From an uncultured Gemmatimonadaceae bacterium (GTDB lineage: Bacteria; Gemmatimonadota; Gemmatimonadetes; Gemmatimonadales; Gemmatimonadaceae), in contig CAWHHI010000013.1 in NCBI GenBank assembly GCA_963829055.1, forward strand, positions 1 through 64,000: 64,000 nt of DNA. The letters run 5' to 3'. This document shows positions 21,284-30,909 of the stretch, in pieces. How positions within the stretch are numbered: position 1 is the first letter of the stretch; each line of letters begins with the position of its first letter. The translations under genes were made by a program, and so were the position numbers. The notes beneath the pieces are model-generated. The model ran no database searches, was not told where the DNA came from, and was given only the letters and a program-made list of their open reading frames with translations.

Positions 21284-21658
21284 ATGCCGCCGCTGCTGAC
21301 GCCCGACCAGCGGTATCTCGTCGTCCGCGGGCGCCTGTGGCGCGCCAGCAATCCGGCCCTGAACGAGACCGACCGAGCGCGCCTCACGCGAGAGCTCATG
21401 GCCGCCCGACGCGCGGTCGCGGCAGCGCGCCGAGCGGACGATCCGGTGCAACTTCGCGCAGCCCGCGCGGCGGTCCAGGCGGCGAAAGTCACACTCGGAG
21501 AACGCGGGCCGGTCTGGTGGACCGACGGGGCTCCGGACTACAATCGTCACCTCGTGAAGAACTCGCCCTACGCGCAGTGGTATGCGGCACGGGATGCAGG
21601 CGAGCCGTTGGACGGGACAGCGTTGCTCAACGAACAGGATGAGGTGAATGAGTCATGA
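21284..21658 (+). CDS. Conserved-looking hypothetical protein
   Basis: TPDQRYLVVRGRLWR...AKVTLGERGPVWWTDGAPDYNR; start uncertain (21251 or 21284). Confidence 0.7.
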   Translation: MPPLLTPDQRYLVVRGRLWRASNPALNETDRARLTRELMAARRAVAAARRADDPVQLRAARAAVQAAKVTLGERGPVWWTDGAPDYNRHLVKNSPYAQWYAARDAGEPLDGTALLNEQDEVNES

Positions 21659-23415
21659 CCGATCGCCGCACGCGTAGAGAGTTCATGGGTCTGACGGCCG
21701 CTGGCGCTGCAGGAATGCTCACACCGGCTTGGCTCGCTGATCCGCGCACCGCTCCAGCGATCGCTGCTGCGGCCATGACCGGTACTGCGCAGGGCGCGCC
21801 GAGTACGGATCCCGACCTCATCGTGTTCAACGCGAAGGTCTACACGATGGATCCCGCGGCGCCGCGCGCGGAGGCGTTCGCGACGAGCGGCGGACGGTTC
21901 ATCGCCGTCGGAAGCACCGCCGCCATCAAGGGACTCGCTGGCAAGCGCACGCAGACGTTCGACGCGAAGCAGATGACGATCGTGCCGGGCTTCATCGACT
22001 GCCACAATCACGCGGGCGGGACCACGCTGCTCTACGAGGTGCTCGTCGGCAATCCGTTCGAGGTCGAGTTCGTCACCATCGCGAGCATCATCGAGAAGCT
22101 GCGCGCGAAGGCGCGGCAGACGCCGCCCGGCACGTGGGTCGAGGGATACTTCCACGACGACACGAAGCTCAAGGACAAGCGGCTGCTCAACGTCCGCGAC
22201 CTCGATCAGGTGTCGACGGAGCATCCCGTCGTCGTGCAGTCATCGCGGCGGGCACACGTCGTTCTACAACAGCAAGGCGTTCGAGCTGGCGAAGGTCACG
22301 AAGGACACGCCGAATCCGCCGGGCGGCACGTTCGATCGCGACGCGAACGGCGAGCTGAACGGCCGCGTGACCGATCGCGCGCGCAGCGTCTTCAACGGCG
22401 TCGGGCAGCGGCCGACGTTCACGCCCGAGCAGCGCGCGCAGCGCGAACGCGACGGGATCGCGCACATCTCGAAGCAGTTCGCGCGCTACGGCCTGACGAG
22501 CGTGCACCACGAGGGCGGCGATCTGACCGCGATGCAGGAAGTCCGCGCGCGCGGCGATCTCCACCATCGCGTGAGCTACGAAGCGAGCGGGCGCGTGCTC
22601 GACTCGATGATCGCGAGCGGCATCATGATCGGGCTTCGGCGACGAGTGGATCAAGTTCGGCGCGACGTCGGAGCACACCGTCGACGGCTCGTTCTCCGAG
22701 CGGACGATGGCGTTGAGCATCCCGTACCCGGGCGTGCAGCCGCCGTACAAGGGCAACATCACGGAGACGCAGGACGAGCTCAACGCGTGGGTCGAGACGC
22801 GTGCATCGCGCCGGCATTCAGGTGAACTGCCACGCGAACGGCGACGTCGCGATCGACATGTATCTCACGGCGTTCGAGCGCGCGCAGAAGGCTGCGCCGC
22901 GCGCCGACGCGCGCCCCAAGATCACGCACTGCACGCTGATCAACGACGACCTCGTCCGCCGCATGAAGGCGTTCGGCGCCGTGCCGGCGATGTTCACGAC
23001 GTACGCGTACTACAACACGGACAAGTTCCCGTTCTACGGCGAGGAGCTGATGAAGCGCAGCATGGCGTTCCGGACGCTGCTCGACGCGGGCATCCACGCG
23101 GCGGCCGGCTCGGACTTCAGCCCCGGGCCGTTCGCGCCGCTCATGGGCATTCAGGGCATGGTGACGCGCACCGGGTGGGACGGCACGACGTGGGGCGCCA
23201 ATCAGCGCATCAGCGTCGACGAGGCGATCCGGGTCAACACGATCAACGGCGCGTACGCCTCGCGCGAGGAGTCGCTCAAGGGGTCGATCACGCCGGGCAA
23301 GCTGGCGGACTTCGTCGTGCTCGCGGACGATCCGCACACGGTGAGCCAGGACAAGATCAAGGACATTCAGATCGTCCGCACGGTCGTCGGCGGTACGACG
23401 GTCCATCAGGCGTGA
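21655..23415 (+). CDS. Amidohydrolase 3 (YtcJ-like) with Tat signal (several frameshifts)
   Basis: TRREF Tat motif, PGFIDCHNH, HANGD, GSD, GSITPGKLADFVVL. Confidence 0.85.
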
Positions 23416-23422
23416 CGCAGGC

Positions 23423-24136
23423 GTGACGCTCGACCTGTGGGGCCGGATCTACCTCGACCACTGGCGAGGCGATCCGCACCCACACGAGCTGATTCGCGAC
23501 GACGGCAAGACGCACACGATTCCGTCCGCGGCCGACTACTTCGTTGCGCCGCGAAGCGCGGGCGAGCAGGCCGCGCTCGAGACGCTCACCGGTCGCGTGC
23601 TCGACCTCGGATGCGGCGTCGGCAGCTACACGCGATACCTCGAGGAGCGCGGGCTCTCGGTGACGGCGGTCGACGCCTCGGAAGGCGCGATCACGGTGTG
23701 CCAGGAACGAGGCTGCAAGGACGCCCGCGTTGCCGACATGGACGGTCTGCCATCGGACCTCCGCCCGTTCGACGCGATCATTTGCATGGGCAACACGCTC
23801 GGCATCGGCCGTGGCCCGGGATCGCTGCCGGAGCGACTCGCGACGCTGCGGCACCTAACGACGCCGACCGGGCGCCTCCTCGCGGTGACGCGCGATGCGC
23901 TCGCGACAGAGGATCCCGATCATCTCCAGTACCACGCACGCAATCGAGCGGCGGGCCGGCCGGCGGGTCTGACCCGCGCTCGCCTCCGGTATCGCGGAGA
24001 CCTCGGTGATTGGTGGGAGCTGTGGATGCCGACGGAGCCCGAGCTACAGACTGCGGCGCAGAACGCGGGCTGGGCCGTGCAGTGCATAAGCGCAGAAGGT
24101 AGCAGTTGGCTATACGAATTCACTCCGACTGGCTAG
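23423..24136 (+). CDS. Class I SAM-dependent methyltransferase
   Basis: VLDLGCGVG, VDAS, FDAIICMGN. Confidence 0.85.
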   Translation: MTLDLWGRIYLDHWRGDPHPHELIRDDGKTHTIPSAADYFVAPRSAGEQAALETLTGRVLDLGCGVGSYTRYLEERGLSVTAVDASEGAITVCQERGCKDARVADMDGLPSDLRPFDAIICMGNTLGIGRGPGSLPERLATLRHLTTPTGRLLAVTRDALATEDPDHLQYHARNRAAGRPAGLTRARLRYRGDLGDWWELWMPTEPELQTAAQNAGWAVQCISAEGSSWLYEFTPTG

Positions 24137-24280
24137 TCCACACCGGGCATTCCGAGCGGAGGCCATTGCAAAGGTGCAATGCACGAGCTCGCCTAAGCTG
24201 ACGCGGCGCCGAGCGGCCTAACGTATCCACGTCAGTCCCGCGGCTACTTTTCTCATCGGGGCGAATCCGAGAGATGGGAC

Positions 24281-25183
24281 GTGGCAGTATCTGCAGTTTC
24301 GGTGGAAGCAACGCCCAGGCGGGCGTTCAGGGTCGTGTTTGGTGTGGACTTCAGTGGCGCACGACTCGCCGGCCGCACGACGTGGATCGCGCGGCTCGAT
24401 CCGGTGGGCGATGCCGGGACTTCGAGCGCGCCGCCGGCGTTCGCGTTAGGCACGCTCGACCGGCTGGACCGACTCGCCGGAACCGCCGAGCGGGGTGGCG
24501 CGCTCGCGCATCTCGTGAGGCTGGTGGCCGAGTCGACGGACGCGCTGTGGGCGCTCGACTTTCCGTTCGGCTTACCGGTAGAGCTCTTCCCGGCCCGCTC
24601 GGGCTGGCCGCGCCAACTCGCGCTCGTGCGTGAGTACCGGGCCAACGACTACGGACTCGGCCTCGAGTGTGTTCGTCGCGCGCTCGCCCTGGGTCAGAAG
24701 ATGCACATCCGGCGGCAGACGGATGTCGACGCGCGCGCGCCGTTCGACCCGTATCACTACCGGATCATCTACCAGACGATGCACGGGATGCACGCGGTGC
24801 TGCGTCCGTTGCGGCGCGACCGCGCGACGGCGGTGCTGCCGTTTCAGTATGACCGGCTGGAGTCGGCGGCTCGCGTGCTCGTCGAAGCGTGCCCGGCGTC
24901 GACGCTCAAGCGGCTCGGGTTGCCGCATCAGAATTACAAGCAGCCGGCGGGCGGGCCGCTCACGCGGAAGCGACTGCTGACTCGGCGCGCGATCGTCGCG
25001 GGAGTCGCGGGGCTGGTACGCGTGAGCGATCGTGACCGACGCGTGATGATGCGCGACCCGGGCGGCGACGCGATCGATGCGGTACTCGCGGCGCTGGGCG
25101 CGGCGCAGGCGTTCGCGTCGGTAGATCACTCGAGCATCGCGCGGCACGCCCGGTACCCGCGCGAGGGGCACCTGTACTTCTGA
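24281..25183 (+). CDS. DUF429-like predicted RNase H-fold nuclease
   Basis: GVDFSGA, LDFPFG, RRQTD, VEACPAS, DAIDAVLAA. Confidence 0.65.
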   Translation: MAVSAVSVEATPRRAFRVVFGVDFSGARLAGRTTWIARLDPVGDAGTSSAPPAFALGTLDRLDRLAGTAERGGALAHLVRLVAESTDALWALDFPFGLPVELFPARSGWPRQLALVREYRANDYGLGLECVRRALALGQKMHIRRQTDVDARAPFDPYHYRIIYQTMHGMHAVLRPLRRDRATAVLPFQYDRLESAARVLVEACPASTLKRLGLPHQNYKQPAGGPLTRKRLLTRRAIVAGVAGLVRVSDRDRRVMMRDPGGDAIDAVLAALGAAQAFASVDHSSIARHARYPREGHLYF

Positions 25184-25184
25184 T

Positions 25185-25309
25185 TGTCATTCCGAGCGGA
25201 GGCCGCAGGCGCGTAGTCGAGGAATCGCGATCGTCCCGATAGAGGGCCCCTCTACCTGTATGAGCGCGATTCCTCGACTCGCCGCTTCGCGGCTCCGCTC
25301 GGAATGACA
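25185..25309. repeat. REP-like palindrome family A
   Basis: Fills almost the whole gap between two convergent stop codons. Confidence 0.9.
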
Positions 25310-25312
25310 GTC

Positions 25313-25798
25313 CTAGCGTTCTCTCGTCTGTCGCAGCATCAGCGCGAGGTTGCTGAGTCGCGCCCAGAGCTCACGCTCCAACGGGTCATCCGTATTTCGC
25401 ACCGCGTGCTCGTCGCCGTGCATCAAGCCGCCGAGCTGGCGCTTGCGGTACGTGCCGGAGAACACGACGCGCGACGTTCGGCCGGATCCCGTGATCGCCG
25501 CGCGGAACACCACGTCCGCCTCGTTGCGCTGACGGAAGGATTCTGTTTCCGGGTTCGTGCCTGACGTGAGCGATTCGCGGACCTCGTACCCCTGATCGCG
25601 GAACGCCGCGATCGTCCGCCGAACCGCCTCGGTCTGTGAGGTCGGGAGATCGACCGCGATCTCGTGCTCCGGATCGCGGCCGCGGAGCAGCGCGCAGCTC
25701 GACAACAGCAGCACCATGGCGACGGCCGCGGCCGTGCGGCCAGATCGCTGGCGAGAACCGGCTCGCGGTGCGGCGGTTCGTTCGAGTACGGGTGGCAT
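25313..25798 (-). CDS. Hypothetical lipoprotein
   Basis: VLLLSSC lipobox after a hydrophobic stretch. Confidence 0.6.
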   Translation of the reverse strand: MPPVLERTAAPRAGSRQRSGRTAAAVAMVLLLSSCALLRGRDPEHEIAVDLPTSQTEAVRRTIAAFRDQGYEVRESLTSGTNPETESFRQRNEADVVFRAAITGSGRTSRVVFSGTYRKRQLGGLMHGDEHAVRNTDDPLERELWARLSNLALMLRQTRER

Positions 25799-25883
25799 CG
25801 ATCTCTACGGGAACGCATTGTTCGTGCGACCGAACATCTCGAACGTACGAATGCCCGGATGCTTGGGCGGCGGAGCACGGACA

Positions 25884-26582
25884 GTGAGCAAGACGGCAAG
25901 CGTAGGCATCGTTGGCGGACTCGGGCCACAGTCGACGATCGACTACTATCGTCGCATTCTCGAGGTGTGGCAGCACGCTGACCCCTCTACCGCTCCGTCG
26001 ATCGTCATCGACAGCCTCGATGTGCAGCGACTGCTGCGCCTCGTCGCCACCGACCGTGCGGCGCTGATCGAATACCTCATGGAGTCGCTGCATCGGCTCG
26101 CGGGTGCCGGCGTAACGTTCGCCGCGATGACCGCCAACACGCCGCACCTCGTGTTCGACGACGTCGCGGCGCGGTCACCGGTGCCGCTCGTGAGCATCGT
26201 GGAGGTGTGCGCGGAGGCCGCTCGCGGTCGCGGGCTGCGTCGACTGGCGCTCCTCGGCACGAAGTTCACGATGCAGGGCCCTTTTTACCCCGAGGTGTTC
26301 GAGCGCCTGGGCATGGTCGTCGTCCAACCGAGCGAGACGGATCAGCTGTGGGTTCACGATCGGTACGTAGGCCAGCTACTGAAGGGCGAGTTCCGCGACG
26401 ACACTCGGCTCGAGTTCACCTCGCTGATTGCGCGTCTCCGAGAGGAGGAGCGCATCGACGGCGTCATTCTCGGCGGCACGGAGCTGCCGCTCCTGCTTCG
26501 GTCGCCGGTCATTGCCGACGTCCCGGTGCTCGATACAACGGAGTTGCACGTGGCGGCGATCGTCGACCGCCTGCGGCGTTAG
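25884..26582 (+). CDS. Aspartate/glutamate racemase family protein (both catalytic Cys replaced)
   Basis: GIVGGLGPQSTIDYY, TANTPH, LLGTKFTM, ILGGTELP. Confidence 0.85.
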   Translation: MSKTASVGIVGGLGPQSTIDYYRRILEVWQHADPSTAPSIVIDSLDVQRLLRLVATDRAALIEYLMESLHRLAGAGVTFAAMTANTPHLVFDDVAARSPVPLVSIVEVCAEAARGRGLRRLALLGTKFTMQGPFYPEVFERLGMVVVQPSETDQLWVHDRYVGQLLKGEFRDDTRLEFTSLIARLREEERIDGVILGGTELPLLLRSPVIADVPVLDTTELHVAAIVDRLRR

Positions 26583-26614
26583 GCATCACGTCCTTCGGAC
26601 GCGGAGATAGAGAC

Positions 26615-27001
26615 ATGTGGCGAAACATGCTGAGAGTAGCGGCGACGCTCGCGGTACTTCACGGCGTACTGACGTTCGTCGTCGCGTTCACCGTCTTTCC
26701 AGGCAAGCGCGTCGACGTCATGGCGTTCGCCCAGCACGGGTTCACGTTCGTGTTCATCGCGTGCCTGAACGTCGCCACGTGGCAGTCACCGCGTCGTTCG
26801 CGCACCCTCGGCTATGTCGCCCACGCGTGCAACGTGGCGTTCCTCGGGTTCAACCTCGCGTTCAGTGTGGTCAACCCGGAGCCACCCACGATCGTGGCGG
26901 CGGTCGTCCTGCTTCTTCTGACGGTGGCCGCCGTTGGGGTAGACACCTCGCTCCGCCGGAACGAGATGAGGCTGGCCTCGATGGGCGTCGCGGCGGCATG
27001 A
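26615..27001 (+). CDS. Small membrane protein (4 TM)
   Basis: GGAG RBS; hydrophobic ORF MWRNMLRVAATLAVLHG... Confidence 0.6.
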   Translation: MWRNMLRVAATLAVLHGVLTFVVAFTVFPGKRVDVMAFAQHGFTFVFIACLNVATWQSPRRSRTLGYVAHACNVAFLGFNLAFSVVNPEPPTIVAAVVLLLLTVAAVGVDTSLRRNEMRLASMGVAAA

Positions 27002-27020
27002 GACGGCACCGAGCCAACAT

Positions 27021-27461
27021 GTGTGCGAAGCGGTGACGTCGAGGGCTCGCGAGACGGGCGCGCGAGGCGTGATCGCGGCCGTCACCATCGGAATTGGCCT
27101 CATCGTTCACTGGCACGGAGCCCCGCTCGGGCAAACCGCGCGCGACGTAGCGGGAGACGCGCTGTGGGCGGCGATGATGTTCTGGCTCGTCTCGATCGTC
27201 GCGCCGGGCGTGCGCTGGCGGTGCGCGGCAGTCATCGCGCTCGGCATCTGCTTCGCGGTCGAGGTGAGCCAGCGCTACCACACGCCGTCGCTCGACGCGC
27301 TCCGTGGCACGACCATAGGACACCTCGTGCTCGGGAGCGGATTCGACCCCCGTGACTTCGCGGCATACACGGCGGGAGTGCTCGCTGCGATGCTGCTGGA
27401 CCGCGGTCTCGAGCGCCGCGGCGAGCAGCGGTCGCGCGCCGTGGCGCAGGACAGAGCCTAA
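27021..27461 (+). CDS. DUF2809-like membrane protein
   Basis: GDALWAAM, VEVSQRYH, LRGTTIGHLVLGSGFDPRDF. Confidence 0.75.
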   Translation: MCEAVTSRARETGARGVIAAVTIGIGLIVHWHGAPLGQTARDVAGDALWAAMMFWLVSIVAPGVRWRCAAVIALGICFAVEVSQRYHTPSLDALRGTTIGHLVLGSGFDPRDFAAYTAGVLAAMLLDRGLERRGEQRSRAVAQDRA

Positions 27462-27615
27462 CGGTCGCCGACCAGCCGGCGCATCGCCTGACGCCATCGT
27501 CGACGACGCGATTTCCGGGTGGGGCTCCGCGGCGGAAGAAATGCCCGTCGAAACGGCTGCAGCGCTCGGGCTTTTCTTCCACCTCACTTGACGCACACGG
27601 ACGCTCCCGTCCCGG

Positions 27616-28182
27616 TCACGCTGTCGGCGCGTAGGCGAGGACGACGTTGCCGTTCGCAAACGAGCGGACACTCGTGCGTCTGAGCGTCAGCGGCCCGTTC
27701 ACGCCGTCGAACATCGTCCGCCCGCCTCCAACCGCGATCGGATTCACGACGACGAAGAACTCGTCGATCAGCCCTGCCTGCGCGAGCTGAGCCACGATGC
27801 TGCCGCTGCCGAGGATCGTCATGTCGCTCCCTGGCGCGTTCTTGAGGGCTCGTACTTCGGAAGCGAGATCGCCCTTGAGCAGCGTGGTATTCTGCCACGA
27901 CGCCTCCTTCAGCGTGCGCGAGAACACGATCTTCTGCAGCTCGTTCATGTGCCGGGCGAGGTCCGGGGTATTCTGCAGCGCGGCGGGTGTCGGCCAGTAG
28001 CTCGCCATCATCTGATACGTGACCCGGCCGAACACCAACGTGCCGCCAGAGCTGGCGTTCCCGGCGACGAACTCGTTCCACTCGGTGTCATCGTTAGGCC
28101 GGTGCGCCCAGCTCATGTCGCCCTTGGCGTCCGTGAAGCGGCCGTCGAGTGATATCTGGTTGAATACGGTCAGTTTTCGCAT
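27616..28182 (-). CDS. Dihydrofolate reductase/RibD-C family protein
   Basis: ISLDG, FGRVTYQ, VFSRTL, GLIDE...VNPIAVGGG. Confidence 0.9.
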   Translation of the reverse strand: MRKLTVFNQISLDGRFTDAKGDMSWAHRPNDDTEWNEFVAGNASSGGTLVFGRVTYQMMASYWPTPAALQNTPDLARHMNELQKIVFSRTLKEASWQNTTLLKGDLASEVRALKNAPGSDMTILGSGSIVAQLAQAGLIDEFFVVVNPIAVGGGRTMFDGVNGPLTLRRTSVRSFANGNVVLAYAPTA

Positions 28183-28284
28183 GGTCGGTTGTCCGTTTGG
28201 TTGGTTTTGGCAGCTGCTTGCTGCTGGACAGCAAATCCAAGAATTGTCACCGCGATCGGTACGTCGCAGGTGATCGCGGATCGG

Positions 28285-28558
28285 GCGCAATTCCAACAGC
28301 GACGCAGAATTCGCAGGCGCGTGTGCGCGCAACGCAGAAGGACGCAGAAAACGGCACCATTCGTTCGGGCAGAGTCCATCTCGTCGACGACCGTGAAGAC
28401 AGGGGAACGGCCTCGGGCGGGCCAACGCGTCCCGGGGTCGTTCCACGATCTCTCAAAGGCCTGGCGCGAACCGCCGTGTCCCAGCGGCCGTTTTCTGCGT
28501 CCTTCTGCGTTGCGGCCGCGGAGCGGGCCGCCTGCGTCGATTCTGCGTCGCTGTTGGA
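28285..28558. mobile_element. MITE-like element family C with ~65-70 bp terminal inverted repeats
   Basis: TCCAACAGCGACGCAGAAT..AACGCAGAAGGACGCAGAAAAC at 28292-28352, inverted at 28490-28558; second copy at 62503-62852. Confidence 0.65.
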
Positions 28559-29841
28559 CGCCTCGATGAGATCAGCAGTCGAGGGTCCATGAGCCTGGCC
28601 TCGCAACTCAGGAGGCGTTTCTCGAGGAACCGACGCTCCGTCGCGTTTCGTGCGAGGCCGAGGGCCGCCTGGAAGCTCGCGCGCGCCGCGTCTCTGTTGC
28701 CGCGACGCAATTGCATCTCCCCCACCGCCGCTGGATAGAACGGGTAGCTCGCCAGCCGATCGCGGTCGTCGATCGCATACAGCGCGTCGAGCCCCTGCTC
28801 TGCCCCATCGCGCTCGGCGATCGCGATCGCGCGATTGAGCGCCACCACCGGTGACGGCGCGAGGTCCATGAGCCTGTCGTACAGCGACACGATCGCCGCC
28901 CAGTCCGTGTCTTCGACGCGTCGTGCACTCGCATGGACGGCTGCGATGGCCGCCTCGACGTGATACGGCGTCAGCGTTAGGCCCGTGGCCGACTGCTCCA
29001 GCAGCGAGAGACCATCGGCAATCAGTCGGGCGTCCCACGCCGAACGATCCTGGTCGAGGAGCGGACTCAGGTCCCCGCCCGAATCGAGACGCGCCGGTAG
29101 TCGCGCCGCGTGCAGGCGCATCAACGCCGCGAGTGCGTTCGTGGTCGGCGTCGCCGCTGGCGGATGCTCGCGCAGCAGGTCCGCCAGCCGCATTGCTTCC
29201 GCGCACAGCTCCGCGCGAACCACGGACTTCGACGATGCGCCGTGATAGCCCTCGTTGAATAGCAGGTACAGCGCTTGTCGCACCGCCGAAAGGCGCGATT
29301 CGAATTCGCTGTCCGCGAGGTCGAACAACCGCGTGGAGCCCGCGAGCACCTGCTTCCCGCGCGATACACGCTTCTCGATCGCCGCTCGGCCCGTCAGGAA
29401 TGCGCTCGCGATCTCGTTCGCGCTGAAGCCGCACAGGATGTTGAGGATGAGTGCGACCTGCGTATCCTCCGACAGTCGCGGATGACAGCACGAGAACATC
29501 ATCCGCAGCTGTTCGTCGCGAATCGTGTGCGCGGCGAACGCCTCGTCCACGAGTGGAACGATCGTCCATTCGCTCTCGAGCAGTCGCCCGAGCTCCGGCG
29601 CGAACGTGCGAGCCGTGCGCTCGCGCCTCACGACGTCGAGCGCACGATTCTTCGCCGTCGCCATCAGCCACGCTGTCGGATTCTCCGGGACACCGCGCTC
29701 GTTCCACACCTCGAGCGCGCGGGAGAACGCGTCCTGCACGACGTCTTCCGCGAGTGGCAGGTTGTGCACGCCGAAGATGCGCGTGACCGCGGCAACCAGG
29801 CGGCCCGACTCGCGACGGAACAGCTGATCGTGCAGGTCCAT
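28453..29841 (-). CDS. ECF42-type sigma factor with C-terminal TPR-like extension
   Basis: AEDVVQDA, GVPENPTAWL, LRMMFSCCHP, YLLFNEGY, SPVVALNRAIA. Confidence 0.9.
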   Translation of the reverse strand: MDLHDQLFRRESGRLVAAVTRIFGVHNLPLAEDVVQDAFSRALEVWNERGVPENPTAWLMATAKNRALDVVRRERTARTFAPELGRLLESEWTIVPLVDEAFAAHTIRDEQLRMMFSCCHPRLSEDTQVALILNILCGFSANEIASAFLTGRAAIEKRVSRGKQVLAGSTRLFDLADSEFESRLSAVRQALYLLFNEGYHGASSKSVVRAELCAEAMRLADLLREHPPAATPTTNALAALMRLHAARLPARLDSGGDLSPLLDQDRSAWDARLIADGLSLLEQSATGLTLTPYHVEAAIAAVHASARRVEDTDWAAIVSLYDRLMDLAPSPVVALNRAIAIAERDGAEQGLDALYAIDDRDRLASYPFYPAAVGEMQLRRGNRDAARASFQAALGLARNATERRFLEKRLLSCEARLMDPRLLISSRRPTATQNRRRRPAPRPQRRRTQKTAAGTRRFAPGL

Positions 29842-29845
29842 CCGA

Positions 29846-30202
29846 CTACGCGGGCCTCTGGCCAACGGGCCGCACTTCGACGGAGCCTTCGCCATAGAGC
29901 ATCGGGCAACCGCCCGCGAGCTCGACCGCCTCGGCCATGTCCTTCGCCTCGACCACGATGAAGCCAGCGACCATGTCCTTCACTTCCACATACGGCCCGT
30001 CTGTGACCGTCCTGCGCGGTCCACGAATGACTGTGCCCTTTGCGTCGAGCGGCTGGCCGGGATTCTTCAGGTGGCCATTCGCTTCCAGTCCGCGAATCCA
30101 GTCCAGCCATACCTTCATGCTCTGCGCGGCCTGCTCGGGCGTCCCCATGACCTCGCGCTGCTCCGCACCGCTGACCCGAAACAGGTAGACGAACTCACTC
30201 AT
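29846..30202 (-). CDS. YciI/DGPF family protein
   Basis: VTDGPYVEVKDMVAGF...VEVRP. Confidence 0.9.
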   Translation of the reverse strand: MSEFVYLFRVSGAEQREVMGTPEQAAQSMKVWLDWIRGLEANGHLKNPGQPLDAKGTVIRGPRRTVTDGPYVEVKDMVAGFIVVEAKDMAEAVELAGGCPMLYGEGSVEVRPVGQRPA

Positions 30203-30287
30203 GGTCGTGCTCCTCGTAGGTATCTGATGTATCGGGTTCCGGCGGCCCCACTCGGCCGTGCGCCGCCATCGTCCTGCTCGGCTATTC

Positions 30288-30314
30288 GACGTGCGAGCGA
30301 GTCATCATCGGACA
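30288..30314 (-). promoter_or_regulatory. ECF42-type promoter TGTCCG-N17-CGTC
   Basis: Minus-strand match upstream of DGPF 30202; same 17-nt spacing as three other sites. Confidence 0.6.
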
Positions 30315-30356
30315 TTCGAATTTTTGGACATCGAATTTTCGGACATCGAATTTTTC
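30310..30356. repeat. Three ~15-bp tandem direct repeats GGACAT(T)CGAATTTT
   Basis: Read directly in the divergent intergenic region. Confidence 0.85.
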
Positions 30357-30432
30357 CGCGAGCTCGGATCTTCTGCTCCGGGGAACCGGTCCCCTAGGTT
30401 TCCGGGCGACTTTCCAAGCTGATCCAGAGCGA

Positions 30433-30459
30433 TGTAGAGAACGCGCGGCCGGCTCCGAC
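30433..30459 (+). promoter_or_regulatory. ECF42-type promoter TGTAGA-N17-CGAC
   Basis: Upstream of DGPF 30510. Confidence 0.55.
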
Positions 30460-30509
30460 TTCTCTACGAAAGCGCCACTACGGCGCGCAACCCGAGAGGA
30501 GAACGAACC

Positions 30510-30909
30510 ATGAGGTACATGCTGATGATGAACGCGCCGCGCGGCAACCGGCGACTACCAGATCAACAGCTGGTCGCCCGACGACCTCAAGGCCCACATC
30601 GGCGTTCATGCACCGCTCAACAAGGAGCTCGACGAATGCCGGCGAGCTCGTGGGCGCCGAGGGGCTCGCCGCGCCGGGCGAGGCGAAGCTCGTGCGCGCC
30701 GGCAAGAACGGCGGTCCGCCGGTCACCGACGGGCCTTCCCCGAATCGAAGGAATTCCTCGCCGGCTACTGGATCGTCGACGTCGACACGCCGGAGCGCGC
30801 GTACGAGATCGCCGCGAAAGCGTCGTCGGCGCCCGGACCCGGTGGCGCGCCGCTCGATCATGCCGATCGAAGTGCGTCAGGTGATGAGCGCACCGCCGCC
30901 GACATGTGA
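30510..30909 (+). CDS. YciI/DGPF family protein (multiple frameshifts)
   Basis: MRYMLMM, GELVGAEGL, VTDGP, SKEFLAGYWIVDV and IEVRQVM across frames. Confidence 0.8.

Noticed and set aside
28260..28289. CGACGTA (-10-like) upstream of the DHFR-family gene on the minus strand
   Set aside because: The position 17 nt upstream reads TGCGCC at the MITE edge, which is not a convincing -35
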